DNA from: Basidiobolus meristosporus CBS 931.73
Taxonomy: Eukaryota; Fungi; Basidiobolomycota
Length of the DNA stretch: 64,000 nucleotides
Reading direction: 5' to 3'
Assembly: GCA_002104905.1 (NCBI GenBank)
Contig: MCFE01000173.1
Location: 79,280-143,279, forward strand
Shown here: positions 14,301-27,199 of the stretch, piece by piece
Layout of the letters: each line of letters opens with the position of its first letter
Position numbering within the stretch: the stretch's first letter is position 1
Notes under the pieces: generated by a model
What the model saw: only the letters and a program-made list of their open reading frames with translations
Databases searched by the model: none
Told to the model about the DNA's origin: nothing
Program-made: the position numbers and the translations under genes

Positions 14301-15336
14301 GATCTATGGCCAGCAATCTAATATACATAATGCTTTGAACATGTCCAGATAGCTTATATTAAGCAGGAGTTGTCAGTTAGCATAATCAGAACTATGGATC
14401 TGATTACATTGCTGTGGTTAAGCAGATTTTTAGATACCTAGAAGGAACTGCTGATATCTGTTTAAGATACACTTATATGAATTCAGAACAGGATCTTGTG
14501 GGATACTCTAACGCTGATTGGGTACAAAATTTGGAAGACAGAAGATGCACCACAGGATACACCTTTCTTTATTGTAAAGGAGCAAATTCTGGGAATTCAA
14601 GTAAGCAACCAACCATGGCACATTCTACTACCAAGGCAGAGTATATGGCTTATATGGCAGCCTGTGAAGCTACAAAAGAAGCAATGTTGTTAAGAAAGCT
14701 TTTTACAGATTTAAGCCTATGTCAAAAAACTCCTATTACTTTATTTCAGGATAATCAAGGATGTATACAATAAGGAAGATATTCACTTTTCATGCCAGAA
14801 CTAAGCGCATAGATATTAGACATCTTTTCATACATGAAGCTTCAGAGAATAACTCAGTTAGCCTAACTTACTGTCCGTCATATGAAATGGTTGCAGACAT
14901 GTTTACCAAACCATTAACTGGAGGCAAGTCTGAATATCTTAGGTCAAAATTAGGACTAGTTAGCATGAGCATTTAGCTGAGTAGGAATGTTGTAAAAATT
15001 TGTAACTCCACCTGAATATTCACCTAACTTAGTCGCTTAGATCATTGCCTTCAAATCTTAGAGAATATTGACCAAGTTCCTTGTTGGGATTTACTTGGAA
15101 TATTTTCACTAAAATACCAGGTACCCAGAACATCAAAATTCTCAAAGTTGTCCAAACAACCCCAAACTTTGCAAACATGTTCTTGGGACCTTCTGTAATT
15201 TATTCTATGTATTCTTAATGTCACAACCATGTAAAGGTATGAAAACCACTTTTACATTGCATATATCATTAAGTGAAAACCACCTGATTTACATGTCCTT
15301 GCAATTACCTCCAATACCTCCACAACTCTAACAACA
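11331..15336 (+). mobile_element. Near full-length degenerate Ty1/Copia element (LTRs 11331-11680 and 14988-15336), with most of RT deleted
   Basis: Paired TG...CA LTRs, PBS-like GGTTACAAGCCC at 11681, gag ORF 11830-12420, protease YTDSGSSQH, integrase, RNase H (GYSNADW, STTKAEY, HARTKRIDIRH, MVADMFTKPL), and a purine tract before the 3' LTR. Confidence 0.9.
12421..12840 (+). repeat. Solo LTR related to Gypsy B, inserted in the Copia gag zinc-knuckle region
   Basis: TGTAGTGG...CACCACA, 420 bp, flanked by ctga/ctgg (imperfect 4-bp TSD). Its 3' half matches 10065-10335. Confidence 0.75.
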
Positions 15337-15402
15337 AGGTTACCCACCACTTTGTCTGCAATTACAAGATTTAAAACATTACAACACAAACAAGTGTCAA
15401 AT

Positions 15403-15923
15403 TGTTATGAATAGACAGAAGGCAGGAGGAAAAGCTAGGCACAGCAGGAAAGGACTTAGGTGTGGACCATCAAGGCAAGGCAGGATTCAAGGCAAGGCTG
15501 TTTATTCATGACCTGTGTTTATCAGACTGAGGAATACTTAAGGGGGGATAGGACTATATATACTTTTTGGCTATACTGCTGCCAAGAGATATTAGCTAAT
15601 ACTAATGGGGTTGTGGGGTGAGGCACAGCAATGGTGCTGGGGATAATGACATAGATGACATAGCACTGAGACAGGATGGGGAAATGGATTGGGTCACCTG
15701 ATCATGTGACTAAGTCATGTGACCTGGTGTTTCCATATATGGTACTGGACTATGAAAAATACAATGGAAAGCTTCAATGGAATGTTCCATTGTGTAACAA
15801 TGGTTTGGAATGGTCAGGAACTTTCTGGAAGGTGGTAGAAGGTTCCAGAAGGAATCTCTTAGGAATTAAGCTAGGAAGCTGAAACTTGGCATGGGTGTTC
15901 ATGGTTGTCATGTGATCATGACA
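15403..15923 (+). repeat. Solo LTR family D (521 bp)
   Basis: TGTTATGA...TCATGACA termini and a perfect 5-bp TSD CAAAT (15398-15402 and 15924-15928). Confidence 0.85.
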
Positions 15924-16860
15924 CAAATAGCCATGAACTAGCTGGAAGAGTGCCAATAAGGGAAAAGTAGGCAGAGACAGATGCACCAGCACAACATTAC
16001 CAAGGAAGAATCATGGTTCCACTCAAGAAGCACTCAGTCATAGTAGTAGGGAAGGACCCAGCTGTGATAAAAACAAGTGGCTACCTCAGGAGCCTGTCAC
16101 AGCATGGGCTGAGGGCTCAAAACAAGAGGAAAAGAAGTGTCAGGTGGCTTGCAGAGTGCCAGCATGGGACAAGCAGGCTATAATGGATGCGTCAGAGCAG
16201 CATTGAACAAGGACAAAATGTAGTTCAATACAAGAACCACTGAGACAAAGTAGCAGTGAAAGACCTTACGGTGATAAAGGAAATGATAAAGGGAAAAAGT
16301 CTACCCAAACAGAGACAGGGAAGCATAAAAAAAAGCTGAAGCTGTTGCCAATTCCTGCCATGAGCCCAGAACAGACTGAATCCCATCCTAGTCAAGAAGA
16401 ATTACCCACCAAAAAAAAAGCCATTTTCACAAGAGTTGGAAGTGCGGCCAGTTGAGCTACACTCCAGTGAGGTAGATGAGTTTGCAGAGAAAGGCAATTT
16501 GTCTACCATAGCCTCCACTTCCTTCATTGTTGAGAGAGTAGAGCCCACTGAGAGATAAAGTAACAATATTATGAGCTCACAAGGTTATCACAATGCCTTC
16601 AATGAGATTTTGTAATACTAATAGGCACACCAAGAGGTTTCAGCACTTCTTCAAGAGCAGTGCTCAAGAAGACATACTTGAATATTGCAAGAATTTATTG
16701 CAAAGACTGGCAGATGAGGTGCTAGACCTTTCAGTGCTAGCTAAAGACCAGAATGTATGGGAACCAGTGAATGAACAGGGGCATAAAGGTGTAGGGTTCC
16801 CACCTAAGTCATGAAAACATAGATTACAGCAGAAATGCTGACCCAAAGAAAAATTACTGA
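15924..16860 (+). mobile_element. Degenerate copy of the CACTA accessory region
   Basis: Matches 8330-8820 and the reverse complement of 18440-19850. Confidence 0.6.
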
Positions 16861-16864
16861 GATG

Positions 16865-17984
16865 TGTAGTCATGGAAAGTATTCCATGACTACAATATCT
16901 CCAAACCAATATTGCACTCATTTCTTTATTTTGCTTTTTGCTATTTTTACACACAAGTGAGAGATCAAGAATTTCCTACTTTGAAGGACAAACACTCCAG
17001 ACCCTGTCAAGCAGTCCACCCCAGAATATTATGTCGTACAGAACACGTAGTAGCCGGCTCATGTTTCAAATTACAGCTCATTTTAAGCAGTACTTGAGGA
17101 GTTATGACCAAAAGAGTCCAATTACTATATATATACTATGCCTTATTGCTAGGATTACAGTGGTGACTTTAATTGCTTACAACTTCCGAACCAGACAATC
17201 AGATCACATAAATTTCTCACAGATGCTGCACCTATGTTTGATCTGCACCACTGCAAATTTTTAGCTTCCTATTGCATGTATTGCTTGCGCAATTGTCCAA
17301 AAACTTTGATGCTTCAGAGATTTCATATACATGACTTCCCCAGCTGAAAAATAATGGAGAGCCTGTTTCCAGAATCTCAACACTACAACTGCAAGTCTAA
17401 AGGTTATAAGGCTTCCCCTGCATTACTTGCACTGTTGAGTATTCTGACTTTGATTGGTTCTACATCAGTAAAGAGACTGCAAAGCTCACAAGAATCCAAT
17501 CTAAGTTCTACAAGAAACTACCACTTTTCAGTTGGAAAAGCCCCCTCTAAGAAGCTCCTTTACTCTAAAGACACCTCTTTAGACACCTATTTAGTCTAAA
17601 GACCCCTTTAGAGACCCCTTTAAGAAACCCCTTTACCCTTAAGAAGCCCCTTTAGGCACCCCTTTAGTGTGAAATCCACTTTAGAGACCACTACAAGTTT
17701 ATCTAAGACAGTACAGTGACTTCCAAATAGGGAAAAGTTACCATAAAAGTAAATAAGCCCATTAGTCAACAGAAGGTCAGAACACTGTTGTAGAAGTGAC
17801 AAACACTGCCTACTGTATATTTTGAGCCAAAGATTGAGGAAATTAGTGAAAGTGATATCTTCTATTGATATATCAAACTCCCAATAAACTATTACAATAT
17901 TAGCATACTGGAAGTTGTTGTATATTGATGAGTAGCCCCTACATTATAGAACAAGCCCCAAATTAATCATAATACAACACAACA
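16865..17984 (+). repeat. Solo LTR family E (1120 bp)
   Basis: TG...CA ends, 4-bp TSD GATG on both sides, and homology to 20017-21982 in reverse. Confidence 0.8.
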
Positions 17985-18717
17985 GATGATCCCATCAAAA
18001 GGCTGTCACAAGGCTAAAGTCCTGTGACTAAGAGGTACTGATCCTGTCAGGACACCGTTCCAAGACCATAGAAAAATAATTACACCTCAGATTTCACAAA
18101 ATACTGAGTCAAAACTCTTCATCACAACAATGTTTAAGTGGCTTTTGATTGGTTCCCTGCCAATTTGCTCACTTTCTGATTCTAGACACTCTAATGCCTC
18201 CTACATTTGTGTGCATTGATTGGCTATTGCCTCTTTTCTACACTCCTTACCTCCTAACTTGATTGTTTCTCTTACTTTTTGTGCATACAAATTGATTTAT
18301 TTCCATCAAAACTTCAGTTGTACCTCAATTGCCAATTGTATTAGCCTATATAAGTCCCAATACCCTACACTAACATTAATCCCAACCCCACACTCAACAA
18401 GTAACTCCATTAAATCCACCACTCAATAAGTATTTTGGCTGTAAATCTCTGGTTTCACAACTTTGGCAGGAACCCAACGGCTTTATGCCACTGTTCATTC
18501 ACTGGTTCCCACACATCCTGGTCTTCAGCTGGCACTGCAAGGGCTAGCACCTCACCTGCCAGTCTTTGTAATAAGTCCTTGCAATATTACAGTGAGTTTT
18601 CTTGAGCACTGCTCTTGATGTAGCGCTGCAACCTCTTGTTATGCTTATTACTGTTCCAAAATTCCACTAAAGGCATTGTGATAGTCTTTTGAGCTCTTTA
18701 CAATGTAACCTTGTCTG

Positions 18718-19228
18718 TGTCATGATCACATGACAACCATGGACACCCATGCCAAGTTTCAGCTTCCTAGCTCAATTTCTAAGAGATTCCTTCTGGAACC
18801 TTCTACCACCTTCCACAAAGTTCCTGACCATTCCAGACCATTGTTACACAATGAAACATTCCCTGGAAGCTTCCCATTGTATTTTTCATAGTCCAGTACC
18901 ATATATGGAAATACCAGGTCACATGACTTAGTCACATGATCAGGTGACCCAATCCATTTCCCCATCCTGCCTCAGTGCCTTGCCTTCTATATTATTATCC
19001 CCAGCACTGCTGCTGTGCCTCACCCCACAACCCCATTAGTATTAGCTAATATCTCTTGGCATCAGTATAGCCAAAAAGTATATATAGTCCTATCCCCCCT
19101 TAAGTATTACTCAGTCTGATAAACACAGGTCTTGAATAAACAGCCTTGCCTTGTTGATCCACACCTAAGTACTTTCCTGGTCCTGCCTTGCCTAGCCCTA
19201 CTCTCCTGAATTGTGTCTATTCATAACA
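18718..19228 (-). repeat. Solo LTR family D, second copy
   Basis: Reverse complement of 15403-15923 with a perfect 5-bp TSD GTCTG (18713-18717 and 19229-19233). Confidence 0.85.
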
Positions 19229-20016
19229 GTCTGTCAGCAGGATCTTAACTCTGTCAGCAATGGAGGATGTGGAGGCTGTGGTAGACAAGTTGCCTTTTTC
19301 AGCAGACTCATCTACCTTGCTGGAGTGTAGCTCAACTGGCTGCACTTCCAACTCTTGTGAAAGCAGCTGTATTCTTGTTGGTAATTCTTCCTGGCTATAA
19401 AGGGATTCAGTCTGTTCCAGGTTTGCAGCATTAATTGGTGAGAACTGCAGTTTTTTTTGCATGCCTCCCTGTCTCAGGCTTTGGTAGACCTTTTTCCCTT
19501 GACCTTTTCCTTTATTGTTGCTAGGTATTTTATTGCTACTTTGTCTGAGTGCTTCTTATAAAGAACTATGTTTTCTCCTGAATAAATTCTGCACCAATGT
19601 ATCTGTTTTGGCCTGCTTGTCCCTTGCTGGCACTCTTGTGGCAGCCTGACATTTATTTTCTTCTTGTTTTGAGCTCTCAACTGTAGTTGTGACAGTCTCC
19701 TGTAAAAGCAGCTGGTATTTATCACCACCAGGGCCTTCACTGCTACTTTAACTAGGTGCTTCTTGAGTGTTACTACACTTTTTCCTTGATAAGTGTTGTG
19801 CTAGTGCATCCATGTCAGCCTGCTTGTCCATAATTGGCACTCTTCCAGCTACCTGACATCTCTTTGATGCTTTTCTGGAGTTTTTAGCCCTGCATGTAAC
19901 AGGCTCTTATGAAGCTGCTGGTTTTTAGCCATGGCACCCTTATTCTTCTGCCTTTGATAGTTGCTGCTATTCTTAAGATACTTTCTTAGCATGCCAATGC
20001 TGGCTTTAAGGTGATG

Positions 20017-21982
20017 TGTTGTGTTTTATTATGATTAGTTTGGAGCTTGTTCTACAATGTAGAGGCTAATCAACAATATGCAACAACTTCCAGTATGCTA
20101 ATACTCAAATAGTTTATTGGGAGTTTGATATACCAATGGAAGATATAACTTTCACTAATATCCTCAATCTAAGGCTCAAAATATACTATGGGCAGTGTTT
20201 CTCACTTCTACAGCAGTGTTCTGACCTTCTGTTGACTAATGGGCTTATTTACTTTTATAGTAACTTTTCTGTATATCAAAGTCACTTTCCTTTCTGAGTA
20301 GATATTTCCTAATGTGGAAGCTTAGAACTCCCCTTTAACCTAAAAAGGTGTGTTATAGAAGTATCTAAAGGGGTCTTTAGACCTATAGGGGTGCCTAAAA
20401 GGGTGTCTAAATGGGTGTCTTTATAGTAAAGGGGCTTCTTGTAGTGGTCTCTAAAGTGGACTTTGCACTAAAGGGGTGCCTAAAGGGGTTTCTTAACAAG
20501 GTCTCTAAAGGGGTGTTTAGACTAAAGGGGTCTCTAAAGGGGGGTCTTCAGAGTGAAGGGGTTTCTTAGAGGTGACCTTTCCAGCTGAAAAGTGATAGTT
20601 TCTTGTAGAACTTAGATTGGATTCTTGTGAGCTTTGCAGTCTCTTTACTGATGTAGTACCAATCAATGTCAGAATACTCAAAAGTGCAAGTGATGCAGGG
20701 GAAGCCTTATAACCTTTAAACCTGTAACTGTAGTGTGGAGATTCTGGAAAGATGCTCTCCTTTATTTTTCAGCTGGGGAAGTCATATATATGAAATCTCT
20801 GAAGGATCAAAGTTTTTGGAAATTTGCGCAAGCAATACACGTGAAACAAAGCTAAAACTCTGCAGTGGCGCAGATTGGACATAGGTGCAGCACCTGTGAA
20901 AATATCATATTATCAGACTTGTTCCGTTGGACAGTGCCACATTGAGCCATGAGGGCCAAATGATGCCATAGTGTGCCAGGGAGGCCAAGTGAGCCTAAGC
21001 CTGGCCATAGAGTGTGAAACATAGCTCTTCATCTTCATGCAAAGCAGCCCCTGTGTTTCACCCATTGTGCTGGAGAAAATCCATGTTTGACCTTTTTTTT
21101 GGATCAATGTTGTGCATGATGTGTAAGAGCACAGAAGAATTGAAGACATGCACCTGGTACTCAATACCCATGGCACTCTGAAACTAGATTCTGTAGCTTG
21201 TATCATGTCACAAAAATGAATGGCACTATCTTGGTCCACTGGTACCATCTGGCATTATAAGTGCTTTGTATAGGTCTTACTTTAGGGCTAATATTTAAAT
21301 AGAGTGCCAGATAGTACCAGTGGACCAATATAGAGCCATTCATTTTGGTGACATGATATAAGCTACAGGAGCTAGATTCAGAGTGTCATGGGTATTGAGT
21401 ACCAGATGCATGTCTTCAGTCCTTCTGTCCTCTTACACATCCTGCACAACACTGATCCAAAAAAAAAGGACAAAAAATGGATTTTTTCCAACACAATGGG
21501 TGAAACACAGGGGCTGCTTTGCATGAAAATCCAGAGCTATGTTTCACACTCTGGTGCCAAGTTTAGGTCTACTATGCCTCTCTGGCACGCAATGGCACTA
21601 TATGGCACTCATGTCTCAATGTGGCACTATCTAACGGAACAAGTCTATTTGATTGGCAGGTTCAAAAGTTACATGCAATCAAAGTCACCATAGTAATACT
21701 AGCAATAGTGGCCTAGTGTATATAATAATTGGACTCTTTTGGTCATAACTCCTTAAGTACTACTTCAAATGAGCTGTAATTTGATACATGTATTGGTACT
21801 GCGTGTTCTGTATGACATAATATTCTTGGGTGGATGCTTGTCAGGGTCTGTAGTATTTTTCCTTCAAAGTTGTAAATTTTTGATCTTTCACCTGTGTGTT
21901 ACAATAGCAAAAAGCAAAATAAAGAAATGAGTGCTATATTGTTTTGAGATACTGTAGTAATGGAATACTTTATATTACCACA
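20017..21982 (-). repeat. Solo LTR family E, second full copy, interrupted by a foldback element
   Basis: TG...CA ends, TSD GATG (20013-20016 and 21983-21986), and reverse complement of 16865-17984 apart from 20915-21646. Confidence 0.8.
20915..21646. mobile_element. 732-bp foldback/MITE-like palindrome (arms of about 340 bp, spacer of about 46 bp)
   Basis: AGACTTGTTCCGTTGGACAGTGCCACATTGAG at the start is mirrored by CTCAATGTGGCACTATCTAACGGAACAAGTCT at the end. ORFs 20913-21248(-) and 21388-21693(+) are mirror translations. Confidence 0.85.
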
Positions 21983-22157
21983 GATGGTGTGCTAGGCTTC
22001 TGGCGGCCTCTTGTATATTAGCCCACTCTTCATTATTGCACTCAACAGCTTCACAGATCTTCAATGTGTTTGGATTTTTAGGCTTTGGTAGTAATACCAT
22101 ATTGTCTCCCACCCACACTGTGATAGATTTTTCTGTTGGCTCTATCTTTGGGCACTA

Positions 22158-22679
22158 CTATTGTGCTTCAAAGATTTTATGGCGCTCCTTGGCTGTTACA
22201 TTGGGAAATGGCCCCATTTTTGGCTGTGACACTGAGCTACTTGAGTTCCTTCTTTGCAGCAAAGATACTGCTTTCTCTACCTGGGATATTGATTGCTCTA
22301 CACATATTATCCACTCATCCTGTTTCTGGACTATTTCCTGATTTCTCTGGGCCATTGCATCTATCCTATCAGCCACTGCTCCTAATTGCTTCATTAATGC
22401 TCTAGTATGAGCTGACAACATACTTGCTAAAATGGGTGGTGGTGATGTTATCATGGCCACTTGCTGATCCTCAACTGAGAGTACTGCATTTGATACATTC
22501 ACATCTGCCTGAGCATAATGGTCAGCTTGTGACTCCATAGAGGTTCCCAGTTGCCTACTTGACCAAGAGCCTGAGGAGTCCACATTATTACCTTCAATGG
22601 GCACACTGTACACAAGGCCTTTTTTGGATGTATCCCTGCTTGTTGCACTGAATGTCAAAGTAAGCTGTTGTCTAACCAT
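22158..22679 (-). pseudogene. N-terminal part of the accessory ORF of the CACTA-like element (coiled-coil, unknown function)
   Basis: 173-aa ORF with a heptad-like segment LMKQLGAVADRIDAMAQRNQEIVQKQ. Paralogue at 7466-7876. Confidence 0.5.
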
Positions 22680-22969
22680 TCTTCTGCGGCTGTGAGTGGT
22701 GGGGTTGGGTTAGGAACCAGACAACTTTACTTTTTTTGGGGGGGCATATATATGGAAGTGAGTCAAACCAAAGGGGAAATAATGTTACATATATGTGTGT
22801 ATATTGTGCCACACCTTGATTTATAATGCATACTATGGCAGGTCATCATTGAATCTTACATTCATGTAGGTGCAATGTCGCAAATACAAGACTGTCTTAA
22901 TTTCAAATGAGTATTAACCAAGAAGTGATATAATAGTGTTATGTTGTTGAAGGTCAAACTGTTTGCCCC

Positions 22970-25500
22970 ATGGACAAGACTACTTTGACTCATCACTGTA
23001 CAAGAAGAGAAAAAAGACCATGTGGCTATTGTGGCAAGCCTCTCAGCCATGAGGCATGCAGACAGCATAGGAAGTATTACAAGGATCACAGCCAGTGTTT
23101 TGCCACAAAAGTTATATTTGACCATTCATTGGTCACTACTGTACCTACATTATCTTGCCAGCCAGTTGATAAATCCATATTGGCACCTGGCTGTCTTTGT
23201 CACCTTGTGCAAACTGAGTCAGGTGAGTTTGTGATGCCTTTAGGCTCCTCTCAGCCTTCTGAATATGGCATGCAGAGTGATAGCTCTGACAAAAAAGGTA
23301 CACGGATGGATTTTGGGCCCATCTCCTCTAACAACAGTACCATATATGAGCCTGGTCTAATCCCTAGATGCAATGAGACAACACCCATTGTAACAAATGC
23401 CAAAGATACTTTATGGAGCCAAGTTAGCCCAGTAATCCATCTACTAGTGAATGCTGTGATGTTGTGGCTAGGGAAGTGGTGTGTTTCCACTAATATCAGT
23501 AATGGTAGCTTTCAGAATTTATTACTACTTCTCACCAAAATCATACCAGGATGCAACTTGCCATGTACATGGCACAAGTGGACAACCATCATGTGGCTGG
23601 CAGCATATAACCCAGAGACTGTCTTGATTCCAGCATGTGTTAACAGTTGCATGGCATTAACATCCAAAAATGCTACCATTGCAATGTGTCCAAATTGTCA
23701 GGAATCCACCACCATTGAGGGAAACATTGTTCACACTCCAGATATATTCCAGTCATACCCTGCCTGAGGCAGCTGATGCAGTCCAACAAATATTGCAAAG
23801 CTATACAGTACTGTGCTCAGTATCAATCACGCACAAACATATCCAATGTATTTGATGGCAAACGTTAAAAACAGTTAAGAAGTAAGGGCTACTTTGAAGG
23901 TATGTATTACCATGCCTTTGCTTGAGCACTGGATTGATTCTCATTTAGCAGTATTCTACCAGCAAATCCTGCTGGCCACTGATTCTCATCAATGTAAATA
24001 TGCCACCCATCTTACAGTATCAAAGCAATAATCTGACAGTAGTCTCACTGGTATCTGGCCCTAAATCACCATCCAACCCAGATAGCTACCTGTACCCATT
24101 GCTGGATGAACTTTGTATGCTTTCCAGCAGGATAACAGTAAATGGCTGTCATGTAATAGCACATTTCATTATCTGTGTATGGAGATACCCCAGTCATCAG
24201 CAAGATAGCAGGTTTTTCTGGGCACAATGAATGGTATTGCTGCTGAATGTGTGAGATCTAGAGGATTTACTCCATAACTCACACAAATCATTATTATCCA
24301 AACACCAGCACTAAGAACATCATCTTACCACAGAGAGAATGTACAGAAGCCAGCATGCAATTGCAGCAAAGTTGGCAAGTTATAAGCCATTGGCCAAAAT
24401 ATGGAATCAATTTGAAACCAGAAATACTTATGATAGAAGGTATCTGTTGGAGCAAAAGCTTTCCACTGGATGCAATGCATTTGCTTTTCAACAATATCCC
24501 TATAATGAAGACCAAGTTGTACATGTGGCATTTCAAGCTAAATGAGCCCTTTGAGATACTGGAGAAATTTGAAAGAATTGGCAAAATATAAAAGAGTATC
24601 TGCTACCCTAAATACTTCTGACAGGCTTCAATTAATATTCATATGTGGATATTGTAGGAATATTTATCCACAAGGGGATCACCAATGCCAACGTGACGCA
24701 TCTACACCTGATGTGTGAGGAGTTTGTGATGGGATTTGAGCAGTTATACTACAAACATGAAGCTGAACATGTAGATCTCTGCTGCAACTGTATCTATTCT
24801 CCATTCCATCTTGCATGGTATGCGGAGAATGTTGGGCCTTACTTCACCTTTTAGGAGTTTCCTATGGAGCAGATATGTGGGGAGATAGGAAGACAAGTCA
24901 GGTTGCATGTACTATCCTATCTCAATCTCATCAAGAATATTGCCTTCAAGTCTGTCATGGATGTGATGAGTTGGCGCATGGAGGACAGCCCAGATGAGTA
25001 GGAAGATACTGAGGACAAATGTGCATATGGAGACACCTATGCCTATAGCATTAAGAAGCTAAGCAGCCCCAATGCTTGGGTAATCAGTTAAGTAATGCAA
25101 AGTTAGGTTGGGAGCAACAAGCAACTAATTTTTATCAGGAAAACTCTACCAAGGTATGCCAGATTTCTTATGGTTGCAAGCCAACTTCTACACCATTCAA
25201 TACAGATTCACACAAACAAAAGCCAGAGCACACCTATCAGGGGGACTAAAATCCAGCAGAGAGAAGGATTATATTGGCTAAATACTAAGAAGTTCTTTGC
25301 AGATATTCAGCATGTATTCATGGCAGAAGTGGCAACAACCAAGCATATGTTTGCAAGATGTATATGTTACCGGCAGTACAAGGTATATATGCCAACTTTG
25401 CAAGTATCACACTAAAAAGCTGTAAAGTTGAGGTGATAGAAGTATGTCAATTGCAGCAGGTGTGTGTGTTTGTAGAGGTTAGTAAGCAGGAGGCCATGGT
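22970..25500 (+). pseudogene. CACTA/EnSpm (tnp2/Transposase_21-like) transposase, frameshifted
   Basis: LPCTWHK...CVNSCM...CPNC, SGPKSPSNPDSYLYPLLDELCML (tnp2 GPKxP...YLxPLxDEL), and FEQLYY...HLAWYAENVGP...FPME (DUF4218-like). Confidence 0.85.
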
Positions 25501-26026
25501 TTTTTTGATTCAAACTATATGCAGAATACCCAAGGTAGTAGTGGATGAGCAAATAATGAGGGGTGATTCTACAGTGGAATATATGTATTGCAGAAGGGGA
25601 GGTAGAAAAAGGCAATATCATTTGGTAAATTAATATGGTAGCATTACACAGAACCAGCTGTAGGCCATCAAACTGCCAATCTAATGCCATCAGAGTCTTG
25701 CTGTGAGGCTGTCAAAATACCATCATGTTTCTTGCCATTTAAGACAATTGGATGTCTTGGCCAACTGGATCCACTTAAAGTAGTTATAGAGTACTGAAAG
25801 ACCGCAATAATACCATGTAAATATTGTCACAGCACCAATGAAATATTGTTAAGTTTTATCCCTTTATTTGGTTGGAAAATTAGCAAAACACCATTGTGAT
25901 ACTATCATAAGATTGTTAGGAGGGTGACTAGTTCCAAGCTGCTGGTATTATGATGGTCTCTTAATGGGATTCTGACGGCTGATCCAGATCAGATCCACTC
26001 ATGGGACCAAATTATTTTTCATAGGG

Positions 26027-26392
26027 TTATTGAGTGGTGGATTTTAGTAGAGTTACTTGTTGAGTGTGGGGTTGAGCATAATGTTATGGTACAGTATAGG
26101 GACTTGTACAGGTCAATACAATTGGCAATTGAGGTACAACTGAAGCTTTAGTGGAAATAAATCAACTTGTATGCATGAAAATTAAGAGAAATGGTTGAGT
26201 CAGCAAGTAAGGAGGGAGAAAAAGAGGCATTAGCCAATCAATGCACACAAATGTAGGAGGTGCTAGAGTGTCTGGGATCAGATTGTGAGAAAATTGGCAG
26301 AGAACCAGTCCATAGCCACTTTTGTTTTGTTGTGATGAAAAATTCTGCCCAAGTTTTTGTGAAATATGGGGTGCAATTATTTTTTGATGGTG
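26027..26392 (-). mobile_element. Left-end fragment of another CACTA-like copy in inverted orientation
   Basis: Reverse complement of 18064-18430, with terminus CACCATCAAAAAATAATT. Confidence 0.6.
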
Positions 26393-27199
26393 TGGTGGTG
26401 TAGAGGTACTCCTGGGAGAAGCTACACAACTCAAGGTGTGTGAGGTGTCTGATGGGTGCAATAACCTCTGGGTCTAAACTGCTGGTGTCTTTGTCAATAG
26501 GTCTCTATGGTAAAAGCTCCTGCTTCTCTAGCTTCCTAGGTGCTCCAAGTGTCTCCAAAGGCCTCTGTGTGTCTTGTGCACTACCCTAAAAAGCTCCTTG
26601 ATGGCAGGTCTGAGATGAACTGTTGAAGGCAGGTGCAGTGATCAACTGCTAATCAATAAGGTAGAAGTGTTACTGATAGAAGTGATGATTTATTGATGAG
26701 GGATTGCTTTCCCTTAAATACTTTTCCTGATTGCCAAGTGATTACTAATGACAAGGTTCTAGAAGATTCTAGGCATCAGTGGAATTCTTGATGACATCAC
26801 TATGAGCTAAAAATATGCCAAGAATGTCCTGGAAGGTTCTAAAGGGCACAGCACATCCAACCAATCAGGAATCAGTAGTCTGAAACCTGTGCGACATAGA
26901 AATACCATATATGGTATTGAAATGGTAGGGATGGTAACACAGACTTAGGTCATCTGTCATGGGTACTGATGCAGGTACTTGCCTTATGTAGATACATATA
27001 CTGATCACAAAGCTGAATAACATCTGGGATAACTAATGCTAATAACTAATCAGGGTAAACATCTTATGGGGATAATACTGATAATATGGGCAAAAGAAGA
27101 ATGGGATAATACTGATAAGATAAAATATGGATAAGTACATCATAATGACTATATGAATAAACTTGTCTGTGGAAGGTATGTTTACCCTACCACAAAGGT

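Larger units (their letters stand above)
18064..26026. mobile_element. Composite CACTA/EnSpm-like DNA transposon with nested insertions: accessory ORF on minus, transposase on plus
   Basis: Left end GACCATAGAAAAATAATT; the right end read inward is CCCTATGAAAAATAATT. The same right end forms the sharp junction at 57246. Host sequence is continuous across the nested LTRs. The flanking 3-mers do not match, so the two ends may come from different insertions. Confidence 0.6.

Noticed and set aside
17540-17700. Short repeats superficially like a CRISPR array
   Set aside because: There are no constant-length repeats with unique spacers, the context is eukaryotic, and the tract lies inside an LTR.
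26391-27194. Possible additional solo LTR (TGTGGT...ACCACA)
   Set aside because: No TSD, no second copy in the window, and the left end overlaps the CACTA terminus.
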